Of a stretch of 64,000 bases of DNA, positions 1 to 11,171 are shown piece by piece. Below the pieces are notes generated by a model. That model was not told the DNA's origin. It searched no databases and was given only the letters and a program-made list of their open reading frames with translations. The position numbers and the translations under genes are program-made. Position 1 is the stretch's first letter, and the number at the start of each line of letters is the position of its first letter. The stretch lies in UHGV virus genome UHGV-1373362; one strand, given 5' to 3'. The stretch comes from a virus.

Positions 1-3000
1 CCATTTGACAGTATGTTTCTTTAAACATGATTACATTGGCATAACCATCACCACCTCCACCATTACCATCCCAATATCTTGACTCATTCCATAATATACA
101 TAGAGTTAATCCACCCTTATGTGTAGAAGTATTCCATGAATCTGGAGCTGTATCGTTATACCCTCTAGTAATATTAAGTAGTGTTGCAGGATAATGTTCA
201 GTTGCACCCGTAATAACTACAGGGTACCAAGTAGTTGCATTACCTCCAACAGTTATACTAATATAATTGTGCTTACCCTGACATCTTCTATAATAATCTC
301 CCTGTTGTCCATCTAATAGGTCAGCATTTAGATTATTACATAATGTAGTTGATGTTACTTCAATTGGTTTTGTTCCTGTGGCAACAGTTGATATAAACCT
401 ATTATTAGTTTTTATAGCTTTGTCAGCATACCAGTATCCATCATTATGAGCATACCACCTAGCGTCTTTAGCAGAGTTATATAAACCTGTCCCAACAGTG
501 TTATTCTGGAACCATCCCTTTTCTGAGTATATATAACCAGTATGCGCTACTATTTTACTTTGTACATATAGACTACCTTCTTTTAAGTATAAGTAACAAT
601 CAGCAGTACCAGTATTATCAGCTCCTTTTTCTATTATTAAACCGTACCCAGCTTTAACCCCGTCAAACCACTCATGTCTAATTCTCACATTTTGTTTGTC
701 AGTTGAGTCAAATTGGAGATATGACCCTGAACCTTGTACATTATTGGTAGGAGTCATTCTTATGTATGGGGTTGCCATATTAAATTTGAGTGCACCTGTC
801 ATAGTATCTCCGGCAGTATTAACATATCTACTATCAAGTAACGTGGTATAGTTACCAGTAGTAACAACCTGTACCCATCCATAGTATTGTGAAACTCCAG
901 ACCACCCTGTTCTAATATACATTGAGCCTGATGCATTATGTGGTAAATACATTTGGGATAGAGTACCCCCAGCGTTGAATGTTAAAAGTTGACCATAATT
1001 ATATGCACCACTAGGCCCATTACTTATTGTGGCCTTGCTGATCCTTAAGTTTCCAGTAGATGTAACAGAATTCCAATCGGAAGCATTACTGTTATGTTCT
1101 CCTGCATACCTGAAATAATTAGATAGAGCTGAATGTCCTCCTCCACCTAGTAACATATAACTATCAGAAGAACCACTCTTCACATATCCATCTGAGGTCC
1201 AGAACCCATTGCTAGCATTCCAATATGTTTGCTTATTAAGACTGTTAGTTCCAGCTGTTATTTGAGCTGTAGTAGCGTATCCTAAGTACACGTTATTATT
1301 ACTACTGGGATATGTAGACATAACTACCCTTCCATCCTTGACAGCAGCACACCATATACCACCATAACCCGTATTATTTACAGTCAATGCAGAATTAGTA
1401 ACTGAATTAATCCAACTACTTGAGTTAAATGAGGACGTAAATTTACCAGCTGTATTAAAATTAGCAGCTGACGCATTTCCTGATATAGATACATTCCCAG
1501 GGAAGGAGGAATGACCACTAGCATCTAATAATGTTAGAGTCCTCTTTATAGTAGTAAAGGTTCCTGTATATTGTCTAACATATACTGGTTCATTACCATC
1601 ATCAGCAGATGCAAGTTCAATCCATCCAGCATTGGTAGCAGTAGCCCCCACAGCTATTCTACCATAATCATTGGAACCACATTGCATTCTTACTTGTCTT
1701 GTTCCTGTATCACTAGACTGAGTAAGAAACAAATCTCCTCCAAATAAACCATTACCAATCACTTGAAGTTTATCAGTAGGAGATCCAGTACCTATACCAA
1801 CTCTACCAGTACTGTCGATAGTCATTCTTTCAGTAGCTCCCGTACTAGTTCTAAATACAAGACTATTACCAGAGATATATGTAGCACCCCCCTTAAGAGC
1901 ATTACCTGAACCAATGACTAAACTATTACTAGTATTAGTATAGAATAATTCCATATTAGTACCATCAGTGTGCTTACCTGTTATTTTCTGAGAGTTGTTC
2001 ATGACAATACTACCACTCATAGTAATGGATCCTACACCTGTCATATTACCACTGACATTAGCAGTTCCATCAAATGGTCTTCCCCAAAGGTTTCTGGAGG
2101 TTTGGAGTTTGGTAGCAGAATTTACGTTACCATCAGTAAATACCACCTCATGCCATTTACCCCACGTGTTTACATTATTGACATTACCATTAGAACGGAA
2201 ATAGAGTTTTCTTGTGACATCTGTAGTGCTATTATGGTTTATATCCCACGCAAACATACCATTTAACAAGCTTTTTTCGTTTGGCCTAAAACGAATGATT
2301 GAACCATATGTAAAACCAGAAGGCATATTAAGCCATTCATTATAGCTTGAATAGTTATACATCATGCCACCATCTGTGATATTATCTGGATTGTATTTCC
2401 CTTCTGAATTTGGGCTGTAATTTTCAAATCCAAGGGTTCTTAATCTGATTGAATCCCTTTGCCATCCGTCTAGCAAATCAGCATCAAGCCCAGAACCACT
2501 ACCATCATTCCCAGCGTGCCATATTTTATTACTATTTATAGTTACACTGTCTTTATCACATCTAATATCTAATGACGTTAATGTATCACCATTAAAAGAG
2601 GATATAACACCCTTTTTTACTTCTTTACCTAGCTGTAAATAACCTACCTTGCTATTGTTTATAACAAGTCTTACTCCATCCTGAACTATTAGAGGACCTG
2701 TCATTGTATCCCCAGACTTCTTTACGTATGCACCTCCAAGATATGTACCGAAATTATCCTTATCAAGTACTGGAACCCATTCACTTACTTTTCCTGCTAC
2801 ATTTCTTCTATGCCATAATCCAGCTGTACCGGTAAATGACTGTGCTAACTCTGTATAATAACCAGTTGAGTTATCATGTAATATTTTGACCCTATTAAAC
2901 CAAGAACCTGATATTGGTACATCCGTAGTACCTTGAAGTATTCCTCCATAGGTTCCATATGTAGCATTTGACAATCCAGATGGGTTTAGAGCTATCTGTA

Positions 3001-4249
3001 ATGCAGGGCCTCCTGGAGTTGTAGCTCCTGCATAGTTATGAGTATGATCCCCAGTAGAAACTACTTTACCATCGCTATATAATTTATTATCTGTACCTAC
3101 ATATACTTTAGAATTAGTATAGGTCTGTGGATTATCAGTTTGAGCCAGTGATCCAGTTAAGAATAGTTTAGTAGCTAACTTTTCAGTAGCACCTGTAGTT
3201 GTTTTTGTATCTTGGGAAGTTATAGTTATCTCATTCTCATTCTTAGAGAACGTAACGTTAGTTCCAGCTTTAAGAGATTTATTAGGAGAAGTAGTTGGCT
3301 TATAAGTATCAACTACAGTCGTTCCCTGTTTAAAGATTAGGTCATAGAAATTATAGGTCGTGTCCTTACTACTAATTGTTACCTTTTTATTAGTAATATC
3401 AGGAGTTAGAGTTACATTAGTTCCTTGGACTAGAGTAAATGAATTATTAGCTGAGTTAGGATCAAATGTAATAACTTTAGTTACTGTTCCATCTATTTGA
3501 GTCTGCAAGTCTAGGTTATAGATTGGTTGGTGATCAGTTAAAACTTCTTTGCCTCCACTATATAGCCTATTATTGGAGCCTATATACACATACTGGTTAC
3601 TGTAAGTTTGAGGTGCAGCAGTCTGAGTTTGAGCGCCAATCAGGAACATTTTGGTGTCTACCTTATTAAGAGCACCAGCTGTATTTACTGTATCCTCTCC
3701 CTTCTCAGCAGATATTGTAACATTTCCTGCATCGGTAGTAAAATAAACATTGTCTCCCTCTACCAGATTTACCTCTTGTCTTGATGACCCATCAAATTCT
3801 GATATCGGATTAGACTTAACAGAGAATACAAAAGGATTTACTACTTTCTCAGCAGCAACGGCGGTTGCATCAGCTGGTAAGTAATCTACATTACTAAATG
3901 CATTCTTACCTAATGTTTTAAGCATCCATCCATTAGCTGTTCCGGATGATAATATAGCTTGATTGGCTACTTCAGTACTACCTGTTAGAGTAGTATAAGG
4001 TTGAGTATGTCCATGTAAAGATAGAATCTTAGTCACTCCTCCAATAGATAAACTAACTTTGTTTTCATCAGCATTGGAGAACAATCCTCCAAATAGTTTA
4101 CCATGACTCCATATTTCAGCAGTATTTTCTATATATACTGTTGAAGACCATAATATATCTGCATTAGTATCTGATGGACCACTTGGAAGCTTAAGTGTAT
4201 TAAATATTTCCCTAGTCTCACAGACAATATTTTTAGTTTTAATCAACAT
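1..4249 (-). CDS. Large tail fibre protein, 3'-truncated by window edge (>1400 aa; Gly/Thr/Ser/Asn-rich repetitive beta-rich sequence)
   Basis: Minus-strand ATG at 4249 (plus-strand CAT 4247-4249) opens a frame with no stops down to position 1 (MLIKTKNIVCETREIF...). Missing from the ORF track because no stop lies inside the window. Fibrous low-complexity composition typical of long tail fibres. Confidence 0.65.
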   Translation of the reverse strand, partial: MLIKTKNIVCETREIFNTLKLPSGPSDTNADILWSSTVYIENTAEIWSHGKLFGGLFSNADENKVSLSIGGVTKILSLHGHTQPYTTLTGSTEVANQAILSSGTANGWMLKTLGKNAFSNVDYLPADATAVAAEKVVNPFVFSVKSNPISEFDGSSRQEVNLVEGDNVYFTTDAGNVTISAEKGEDTVNTAGALNKVDTKMFLIGAQTQTAAPQTYSNQYVYIGSNNRLYSGGKEVLTDHQPIYNLDLQTQIDGTVTKVITFDPNSANNSFTLVQGTNVTLTPDITNKKVTISSKDTTYNFYDLIFKQGTTVVDTYKPTTSPNKSLKAGTNVTFSKNENEITITSQDTKTTTGATEKLATKLFLTGSLAQTDNPQTYTNSKVYVGTDNKLYSDGKVVSTGDHTHNYAGATTPGGPALQIALNPSGLSNATYGTYGGILQGTTDVPISGSWFNRVKILHDNSTGYYTELAQSFTGTAGLWHRRNVAGKVSEWVPVLDKDNFGTYLGGAYVKKSGDTMTGPLIVQDGVRLVINNSKVGYLQLGKEVKKGVISSFNGDTLTSLDIRCDKDSVTINSNKIWHAGNDGSGSGLDADLLDGWQRDSIRLRTLGFENYSPNSEGKYNPDNITDGGMMYNYSSYNEWLNMPSGFTYGSIIRFRPNEKSLLNGMFAWDINHNSTTDVTRKLYFRSNGNVNNVNTWGKWHEVVFTDGNVNSATKLQTSRNLWGRPFDGTANVSGNMTGVGSITMSGSIVMNNSQKITGKHTDGTNMELFYTNTSNSLVIGSGNALKGGATYISGNSLVFRTSTGATERMTIDSTGRVGIGTGSPTDKLQVIGNGLFGGDLFLTQSSDTGTRQVRMQCGSNDYGRIAVGATATNAGWIELASADDGNEPVYVRQYTGTFTTIKRTLTLLDASGHSSFPGNVSISGNASAANFNTAGKFTSSFNSSSWINSVTNSALTVNNTGYGGIWCAAVKDGRVVMSTYPSSNNNVYLGYATTAQITAGTNSLNKQTYWNASNGFWTSDGYVKSGSSDSYMLLGGGGHSALSNYFRYAGEHNSNASDWNSVTSTGNLRISKATISNGPSGAYNYGQLLTFNAGGTLSQMYLPHNASGSMYIRTGWSGVSQYYGWVQVVTTGNYTTLLDSRYVNTAGDTMTGALKFNMATPYIRMTPTNNVQGSGSYLQFDSTDKQNVRIRHEWFDGVKAGYGLIIEKGADNTGTADCYLYLKEGSLYVQSKIVAHTGYIYSEKGWFQNNTVGTGLYNSAKDARWYAHNDGYWYADKAIKTNNRFISTVATGTKPIEVTSTTLCNNLNADLLDGQQGDYYRRCQGKHNYISITVGGNATTWYPVVITGATEHYPATLLNITRGYNDTAPDSWNTSTHKGGLTLCILWNESRYWDGNGGGGDGYANVIMFKETYCQM

Positions 4250-4296
4250 ATTATATAATAACAAAGTTAATAAATAGGAGGAACCACTCCTCCCAA

Positions 4297-6012
4297 TTAT
4301 CTCGAATATGTAATGTTTCCTAAAGCATCCACATATGCCCAACCTTCAACTAGTTCTCCATCTATCCATAAGAAGTCACTTGAAAACTTTAAATCTGTAA
4401 GTTCTCCGATGTTTTGGGCAGAGGTAGATTCAGTAGTGTAAGCTAATACAGGTCTCCAGGTATTATCAGAAATGGGGGTGAATGTCATTATCTTATCAGT
4501 TGAATCCCAAGTAATCCTTAGATTACCAGCTGCTTTAAATGTTAAAGCCCCAGAATCAGTTGACTCAGATAATGCATCCTTAATACTATCACCACTATCA
4601 ATATATTTAATAGGACGCCATGTTTGAGTTCCGGGAGTAATCCACGATGGTATTCCACCGCTATTAATAGTAAGTACCTGACCTGGATTACCATTAGCCA
4701 ATCCAGTTATAAGTTTACCTGTGGTATTACTAAATATGGCCAATTGCCCCACAACTGATGAAGATGGCCCACTTACGACTCCAGTAGTATTAGTTTGAAC
4801 ATATGTCCAATTCTTCTTAACTTCTTGCCAATTAGTTGATGTACTACCTACTGTAGCTGTCTTACATATTAGTAGGTCTCCTACTTCTACAGGCTCTCCA
4901 TTAATATACCCAACACTATCTTTGTAAGTACCTGCACCAAATGTAACTACATATGTATTACCTACCTCAGCAATAGGAGTTGTTGCTCCAGGACTAGTAG
5001 TACCAGCTACAATAGCCCCCCTAAACAACATGGCATTATTAGCTCCTAGCAATCCATCAGCATAGGATTTGGCTGTTTCTATAGCATTCCATACCATTAG
5101 TGGAGAAGCAGCTGTTGCAACAACATTTACATTGTTAACATTCTCATTAGTACTAGATGGATCAGGTTTGATATTTAAAACATCTTGTAGTTTTACATGT
5201 CCATATAACATAGTAGACGCACCACCATATTCAGGTTTTGCTGATAAGTGAATCTTAGGGGTTGCCTCACCTTCTACATCACCTTTTAGTTTACCTACCA
5301 GATAACCATCAGTAACGGTCAAGTCTGCATGATTAACATTAACTGGGCCATTAGATACCATACCTCCAGTAACAGTAAGTCTTTTCAGAGCATCATTAAA
5401 TGTTAGTCCATTAGCTTTCCTAACCTGAGATGTATCAACTGTATTACTAGCTTCGTTATATGATAGTAAAACATTTCTCTCACCCAATGATGAGGATGGA
5501 GCTAGCTGCTCTACATAATCCCTAATTTCTACATTCTTATTCTCTACTGACGTTATATGACCTGTAGAATTAACAGTAATATAGGGAACTATGAATACAC
5601 TAGCATTACCTAAAGTAGTAGATTGTCCATATGATCCAGTATTAACCCCACTAGTCATATGGTAAAGTTTTCTTTCAGAGACGTTCCACTCTAGGGGATC
5701 CTCTGTATCTACTCTATTTAAGGCATTACTATTGAATATAATTCTATTGCCATCCCCCTTTCTAACACTAATACTGTCCCCAGTAGTAGACATCAGAAAA
5801 TATGAATTACCTATCTCTACTTTTACTGAACCTCCTACTTCTGAAACTTGGATGCCGGGGTATCCTATGCTAAAGTATGTACCACATATCCACATTTCTC
5901 TAGTATCTTCAAAGAATACTAAAGGATCCAATCCTTTAGGAATAGTTGGAATAAGTGGTTCAAATGCTTCCTTTCTTTTAAAATATACTATCTTACTAGT
6001 TATCTCCATCAT
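4297..6012 (-). CDS. Tail fibre / tail-associated structural protein (571 aa)
   Basis: Long ORF between two fibre genes; Ser/Thr/Gly/Asn-rich beta-type composition. Confidence 0.5.
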   Translation of the reverse strand: MMEITSKIVYFKRKEAFEPLIPTIPKGLDPLVFFEDTREMWICGTYFSIGYPGIQVSEVGGSVKVEIGNSYFLMSTTGDSISVRKGDGNRIIFNSNALNRVDTEDPLEWNVSERKLYHMTSGVNTGSYGQSTTLGNASVFIVPYITVNSTGHITSVENKNVEIRDYVEQLAPSSSLGERNVLLSYNEASNTVDTSQVRKANGLTFNDALKRLTVTGGMVSNGPVNVNHADLTVTDGYLVGKLKGDVEGEATPKIHLSAKPEYGGASTMLYGHVKLQDVLNIKPDPSSTNENVNNVNVVATAASPLMVWNAIETAKSYADGLLGANNAMLFRGAIVAGTTSPGATTPIAEVGNTYVVTFGAGTYKDSVGYINGEPVEVGDLLICKTATVGSTSTNWQEVKKNWTYVQTNTTGVVSGPSSSVVGQLAIFSNTTGKLITGLANGNPGQVLTINSGGIPSWITPGTQTWRPIKYIDSGDSIKDALSESTDSGALTFKAAGNLRITWDSTDKIMTFTPISDNTWRPVLAYTTESTSAQNIGELTDLKFSSDFLWIDGELVEGWAYVDALGNITYSR

Positions 6013-6389
6013 TCAAATATTTGAGTAGTTAGTAACTTATCCAACTTCAGAGCTGTATTAGCTACAGTATCGCTATTGTTAACAAAATTACCATTAGTAG
6101 CTATTAGTAAATCAGTTCCATCCAGTACTGGATTATCTTTAATGGGTTTTTTATTAACGGTTTTATTACCAAACTCGTTAATTTGTCTTTGCATGTCATC
6201 TAAAGCTTCTTGAAATTTATCAATAGCTTCAATGATTTCTTTATTATCCAAAAACACTACCCATTTACTGCCGTCATACAACAACATCTTACTGTTGTCC
6301 TTAATCCATATATGATAAATAGTTGGAGGAGTCATATCACCCCTCCAAAAATTTACCTGTTTATTGTTTACCATTATTGCGTTTGCCAT
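6009..6389 (-). CDS. Hypothetical protein (126 aa), possibly fibre assembly/chaperone
   Basis: Small ORF wedged between two fibre genes with a 4-bp overlap. Confidence 0.35.
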   Translation of the reverse strand: MANAIMVNNKQVNFWRGDMTPPTIYHIWIKDNSKMLLYDGSKWVVFLDNKEIIEAIDKFQEALDDMQRQINEFGNKTVNKKPIKDNPVLDGTDLLIATNGNFVNNSDTVANTALKLDKLLTTQIFE

Positions 6390-6390
6390 A

Positions 6391-9231
6391 TTACACTTCT
6401 AATAATATTGGACTTTGTGCAGATAGTTGATTAACTAGAGTCTCTAGTGCCTCAATCCTTTCCATCAATATTTTACCTTGGGTTGCTGATAAACTATATG
6501 AAGGATTTGTTGAGTTGGTATCGTTAACTACATGAGTTATTATAGCTGTATCCATCATACATACTGCTTCTTCTACATTGTAGTTTATGTTTATAATTAA
6601 CTCTCTATCTATAGAATATCTAAACTGTATAGTCAAAGCATTAACGCCTATTACTTTATTATAAGATACTAAAGATATATCATCCGTTTCTAATATTATA
6701 ATGTGTGCATCGAGAATTTTATTTACATATTCGAGAGCTAATTCAAATGATCCAAAGTAGGTAACTAAATTAGATGTAATATATAAACTATTGGGAATTA
6801 ATACACTTCTAGTTTCTAATAGTTCAATCCTTGATTTTATGTCTGCATCATTGTAATTAGTAAGTCCTTTTAATTTATCCCTATCTTCATTAGTAAAGTC
6901 ATTAGTACTTAGACCCTTACCGTTCTCTTTATCAACTTTACCACTAATATCAGGAATTTCAGTCTTTAGAGCGTAACCACTTAAATCAACTACGGGTAGT
7001 TCTTCAATTTTCTGATTAACATATTCTTCAGTAGCCAATCCACTAATATCTGGTATCGTCGGAAGGTTAGTTAAATCATTATAGTCACCAGAAAACAATT
7101 CAGATTTATTTGCTTTACTAGCTAGTTCTGTATTTACTTGTTCTACAGTACTGTCTAAGTTATTAATGTCTTGGTCAAGTTCATTTAGCTTATCACCAAC
7201 TCCTTTGAATGTATTATAGTTAGGATCTGATCCCTGAGTTAATGCTCCAAGCTGGGAATCAGTATATGAATAAGCATTGGACAATGCTTCAGCTGCACTA
7301 CCCTTTGATTCAGCCCCCAACTCATCTAATGTATATGTAGGTTTATTGGGTTCTTTAGCCCATGCAGGCACAGTTGGGTCTGTCTCGGTGAATGATGTTA
7401 AATATCCCTTACTTTCTAATTGTTCCTCCGTTACTAGACCCCCAGGGAGTGTAGTAAGAAATCCAGAGTCATTCTCTAGTTGTGATGTTCTAACTGGAAT
7501 TTCAGACTTGTCAGCTTTACCACTGATATCAGGAATTTCAGACTTATTGGCTTTTTTATCCACCTCAGTCTCTAAATCAGATATTAGCTGTCTAACTTGA
7601 GTATCACTATAATTAAATAATCCACTTAATTTAGCCTTTTCCTCTACAGTAAAGCTCTGTTCAGAGAGTCCCATTCCAGATACTTTATCAACCTTATTGT
7701 TCCACCTAGTTATGTCACTTTGATTTATAGTTTTAGCCGCGCTAGCTGTAAACTGAGGTTCAACCTCTTCAGTTAAGTACCCCTTAGCATCTAATTCCTT
7801 CTCTGTAATGTATTCAGCTGGGATACTAGTCAAATACCCTATATCATCATGTAGTTGTGATATTTCAGTAGGTATTTCAGACTTATCGGCTTTTCCACTA
7901 ATGTCTGGAATCATTTTATTTACCTCGGCCTTGGTATAATAGTTAGATAAATTGATTTCTCCAGCTTGAATAGCTTCTAACTTCCTATCAATCGTAGCTT
8001 TATCATACGTATCATACTTATCTGCCTTAGTAGTTAGTAACTCCTTAATAGTAGTTGTATCAAGTATATTGGAGTCAAAGTTTCCTAAATTTACTACTTC
8101 TATTGTAGTCTCTCCTAATCCTGGGTTTGCACTTTTAAATATATAGTAGACATCACCAAACAATTCCTGAGTACCTAGTAATCGGAATCCTCCTATAATG
8201 CTATTTACAGATAATACAGCGTTATACCCATTAGGAATTAATACATATATATAATCCTTGGCTCCGGCATCAACAGTAAATGCATTATCGGTGGTCTTAC
8301 TTAACTGAGTATAATCGGGAGAAATTCCATAGAATGTGGGATACTTAATATCAAACGTAAGTACTTTTGATCCTGTATTTTCTCCATATTTACATTTAAG
8401 AGTAATTATCATTGAAGTAGTCATTCCGTGGTAGGTATATTGCCTAATCTTTGGATCTAATGATACTCCATTGATAGATTGCTCTTCTACATCTTTATAA
8501 TACTCCCACATTACCTTTACATCAGTTGGATCATCACCATAGCACATATACTCAGGATCGAGTAGCATGGATTTGATATTATCATCAACAGACGCAGCTT
8601 CTATCCTGGCATTTACCCATTCAGTAGATGCAATTCTATTAGAATTGTCTGATATAAGTGGCAAAGTTGTGGTTGGAAGACCAGTGAAGTTGGGAGAAAA
8701 TATATCAGCTTTATTTTTAAATCTAACTTCTATCTCACATGCCCATTGAGCAAGTTTAAGGTTAATTTCATCAATAACCTTATTAATATCAAAGGCTATC
8801 GAATCAATTACAAAGGTATATAAATCTTTCTGATTAGACAAGTTACCCTTGATGTTTCCCCACTTTAAGGCATATTCATCTGCTATACCAAGATTAATTC
8901 TGGCTATGGCCCTCTGATACTCATCTGTTAGTTCAGAAAATAAGTTATCCTTTTGGAATCCATGATCACCAGACGCACACCCATAGTACCTGGAAACATC
9001 GCAGTCATCCTTAATACAGATGTGTTCTACTTCCTCACTTTCCACTAATGCACCACCTACCTTATCAATTTCTACAACACCATAGGTAGCACAAATACCA
9101 TCCACCTCAGTATCCTCTATAACTCCATCAATAATCTTAGTATCAGGAGTTATATTAGAAATTGAGTGTGGGTGGTTAGGCATAATAGGAAGATCTTGTT
9201 CTCTTTCATCAAGACTTACAAACTCCGTCAT
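6391..9231 (-). CDS. Large repeat-containing tail fibre / baseplate protein (946 aa)
   Basis: Tandem peptide repeats IPDISGKADKSEIP (x3-4) and the motif GKGLSTNDFTNEDRDKLKGL, which is also present in the DGR target fibre; acidic fibrous composition. Confidence 0.55.
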   Translation of the reverse strand: MTEFVSLDEREQDLPIMPNHPHSISNITPDTKIIDGVIEDTEVDGICATYGVVEIDKVGGALVESEEVEHICIKDDCDVSRYYGCASGDHGFQKDNLFSELTDEYQRAIARINLGIADEYALKWGNIKGNLSNQKDLYTFVIDSIAFDINKVIDEINLKLAQWACEIEVRFKNKADIFSPNFTGLPTTTLPLISDNSNRIASTEWVNARIEAASVDDNIKSMLLDPEYMCYGDDPTDVKVMWEYYKDVEEQSINGVSLDPKIRQYTYHGMTTSMIITLKCKYGENTGSKVLTFDIKYPTFYGISPDYTQLSKTTDNAFTVDAGAKDYIYVLIPNGYNAVLSVNSIIGGFRLLGTQELFGDVYYIFKSANPGLGETTIEVVNLGNFDSNILDTTTIKELLTTKADKYDTYDKATIDRKLEAIQAGEINLSNYYTKAEVNKMIPDISGKADKSEIPTEISQLHDDIGYLTSIPAEYITEKELDAKGYLTEEVEPQFTASAAKTINQSDITRWNNKVDKVSGMGLSEQSFTVEEKAKLSGLFNYSDTQVRQLISDLETEVDKKANKSEIPDISGKADKSEIPVRTSQLENDSGFLTTLPGGLVTEEQLESKGYLTSFTETDPTVPAWAKEPNKPTYTLDELGAESKGSAAEALSNAYSYTDSQLGALTQGSDPNYNTFKGVGDKLNELDQDINNLDSTVEQVNTELASKANKSELFSGDYNDLTNLPTIPDISGLATEEYVNQKIEELPVVDLSGYALKTEIPDISGKVDKENGKGLSTNDFTNEDRDKLKGLTNYNDADIKSRIELLETRSVLIPNSLYITSNLVTYFGSFELALEYVNKILDAHIIILETDDISLVSYNKVIGVNALTIQFRYSIDRELIININYNVEEAVCMMDTAIITHVVNDTNSTNPSYSLSATQGKILMERIEALETLVNQLSAQSPILLEV

Positions 9232-9234
9232 GTT

Positions 9235-10215
9235 TTAAATTTGTATAATTTGGTATGCATATGTCATAGGGTCTAAGAATGAAATAATAGTTGCTTCATT
9301 AACCTTATGAATAGTTTTGGTAATAGTCATAGACATACTAGTATCACCGATAGGAAATATTTTATTATATAGTGATCCCTCCATATAACATACATTCTCG
9401 TTGAACATGTTTCCTACAGAGTTCCACCTTAGGGTAGTATCATGGCAACCTCTGAGAAATGTATTACCCTTACAATCAGCTTCTAGTACATTGTTATAAG
9501 TATCTCCCAGAAAGATATTATTAGTACATCCTTGCTTTAATTCATTGTGCTTAGTATTGTGTAATTCCGAACTGTCAGTAATCACACCACTAGTTAGATC
9601 AGAAAATGTAAAGAAATCACCGTACGCAGCACCCAAACTAAGATTAGAGTCCTCTAGTTCTTCAGCTGTCCTTCTAAATCTAATGTTTTTAAAGTCATAG
9701 TAGGCTGAATTATCATTGTGATCTCTCATATAGGTAATTCTACCTTTATCAGTAATACCATCTTCTAATACAGTTTGAGTAGGATCATACTCTATTACCC
9801 AATCTTTCATTTTAGGATCATCTATAACTATTCTAGGATCAGTTCTTTCCTTGGTGATAGCAGTTACTATCAATTTCCAAATTGGAGAGGGATTAGTAGA
9901 GTTTGTAGTACCCCATGTAACCTTTTGTCCTGAACTATTAGTAACATTAGAAGAGTAAATAGTTTGATAATCAGTAATTACATACCTAGCACTAGTTACT
10001 AGGCCCTTCTTTTTTATCGTATCATTAAATACAGCATATGTAAGTTCAAGTGGTGCAGATTGCCCTCCCTCTCCGGTATAATCCACTATGCCTATATTCT
10101 TTCTTAATTGTTGTTGTTCTAGTTCAGTTAATCCCCCAAGTAGTTCCTTTTTCTTGAAATAGTTATTCAGGTCATGTATACACGCATAACGTCTTGAATC
10201 TCTCTCTATAGCCAT
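9235..10215 (-). CDS. Hypothetical structural protein (326 aa)
   Basis: ORF in the structural gene block. Confidence 0.35.
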   Translation of the reverse strand: MAIERDSRRYACIHDLNNYFKKKELLGGLTELEQQQLRKNIGIVDYTGEGGQSAPLELTYAVFNDTIKKKGLVTSARYVITDYQTIYSSNVTNSSGQKVTWGTTNSTNPSPIWKLIVTAITKERTDPRIVIDDPKMKDWVIEYDPTQTVLEDGITDKGRITYMRDHNDNSAYYDFKNIRFRRTAEELEDSNLSLGAAYGDFFTFSDLTSGVITDSSELHNTKHNELKQGCTNNIFLGDTYNNVLEADCKGNTFLRGCHDTTLRWNSVGNMFNENVCYMEGSLYNKIFPIGDTSMSMTITKTIHKVNEATIISFLDPMTYAYQIIQI

Positions 10216-10216
10216 A

Positions 10217-10402
10217 TTAATTATTAATTAGGAACTCATATATACCATCTATCTTATCAAAGTATTGACAGGTCTGAATAAAGGATATTTGGTGTAATAT
10301 CATACTGTAATCATCTATATATCCTTTATTCAGTCTTTTGAGAAATTTATTAAAATTCTCAATTACCTTTAGCTTTAGATTACCTATTGCATCCACAGCC
10401 AC
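10217..10402 (-). CDS. Small hypothetical protein (61 aa)
   Basis: ORF only. Confidence 0.2.
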   Translation of the reverse strand: MAVDAIGNLKLKVIENFNKFLKRLNKGYIDDYSMILHQISFIQTCQYFDKIDGIYEFLINN

Positions 10403-11171
10403 CTCCTATAGTATCCTTATCAATCATAACATCCTTACAAATACCCCCACATTGAGTAATATCTTCTAATACTCTCTGGGCTTCATAATATTGTTTTAAC
10501 TCGATAAGGTACTTAATAACATTAATTGCCATCCAAATAATATCTCTATTGTATATCAGATTCTTGACATCATCAACCCTGTTTCTACATCTTCCAGGTA
10601 GATCAGTTAGTAGATTTTTACACAACCTATAGAAGCATTCATTAATGTGACATACACAGAATGTGTTCTTATCTCCCCTAATAATTGTAGTTGTCTTATC
10701 AGTGATAGACGCAGGAGGTAATGCATTTACAGCTAGAACCTCTTCTATTGTAACATCAACAGACTCACTATTCAAATATTTCTTAAACGTTTGGGTGACT
10801 GCATCATAATAGTACACAGAATTATATGCAGTCAATGCAGTTGGATCTCTATCCAATACGTAAGTTAACCATTCCTGAGTTGGGATTATAATATGAGAAA
10901 CTTCATATAATCCGTCAATTGGCAACTCAATGTCAGACTCATCTATACAGTCTATAGAGTGTTCTACAATCTCATAATCTTGAAGTGTTTCATCACCTGA
11001 AGATTTTATACTTGTTATAACATTAAGAGTAATAGTTTGGGAATATGCATAGTTACGAGTACTAACAATAATTTCACCGTCCTCACTTAGATACTCATCA
11101 TTATCCTTCTCTAACCCTGTTACTGTAATACCACAAGTACCCTTTTTACAGATTTTAAATATAGAATCCAT
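10380..11171 (-). CDS. Hypothetical protein (263 aa), Cys-rich C-terminus (GGGCGCNR)
   Basis: ORF; position downstream of the DGR RT. Confidence 0.35.
   Translation of the reverse strand: MDSIFKICKKGTCGITVTGLEKDNDEYLSEDGEIIVSTRNYAYSQTITLNVITSIKSSGDETLQDYEIVEHSIDCIDESDIELPIDGLYEVSHIIIPTQEWLTYVLDRDPTALTAYNSVYYYDAVTQTFKKYLNSESVDVTIEEVLAVNALPPASITDKTTTIIRGDKNTFCVCHINECFYRLCKNLLTDLPGRCRNRVDDVKNLIYNRDIIWMAINVIKYLIELKQYYEAQRVLEDITQCGGICKDVMIDKDTIGGGCGCNR

Noticed and set aside
1970-2266. Plus-strand ORFs 1970-2266 and 1995-2204 at the window start
   Set aside because: They lie inside a >4.2-kb uninterrupted minus-strand reading frame (the partial tail fibre) that the ORF track omits only because its stop is outside the window.
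5069-8749. Plus-strand ORFs of 60-107 aa (5069-5251, 5732-6028, 6210-6434, 7277-7600, 8567-8749) inside the minus-strand fibre genes
   Set aside because: Fully embedded antisense to long, compositionally coherent minus-strand ORFs. Typical shadow ORFs of AT-rich DNA.
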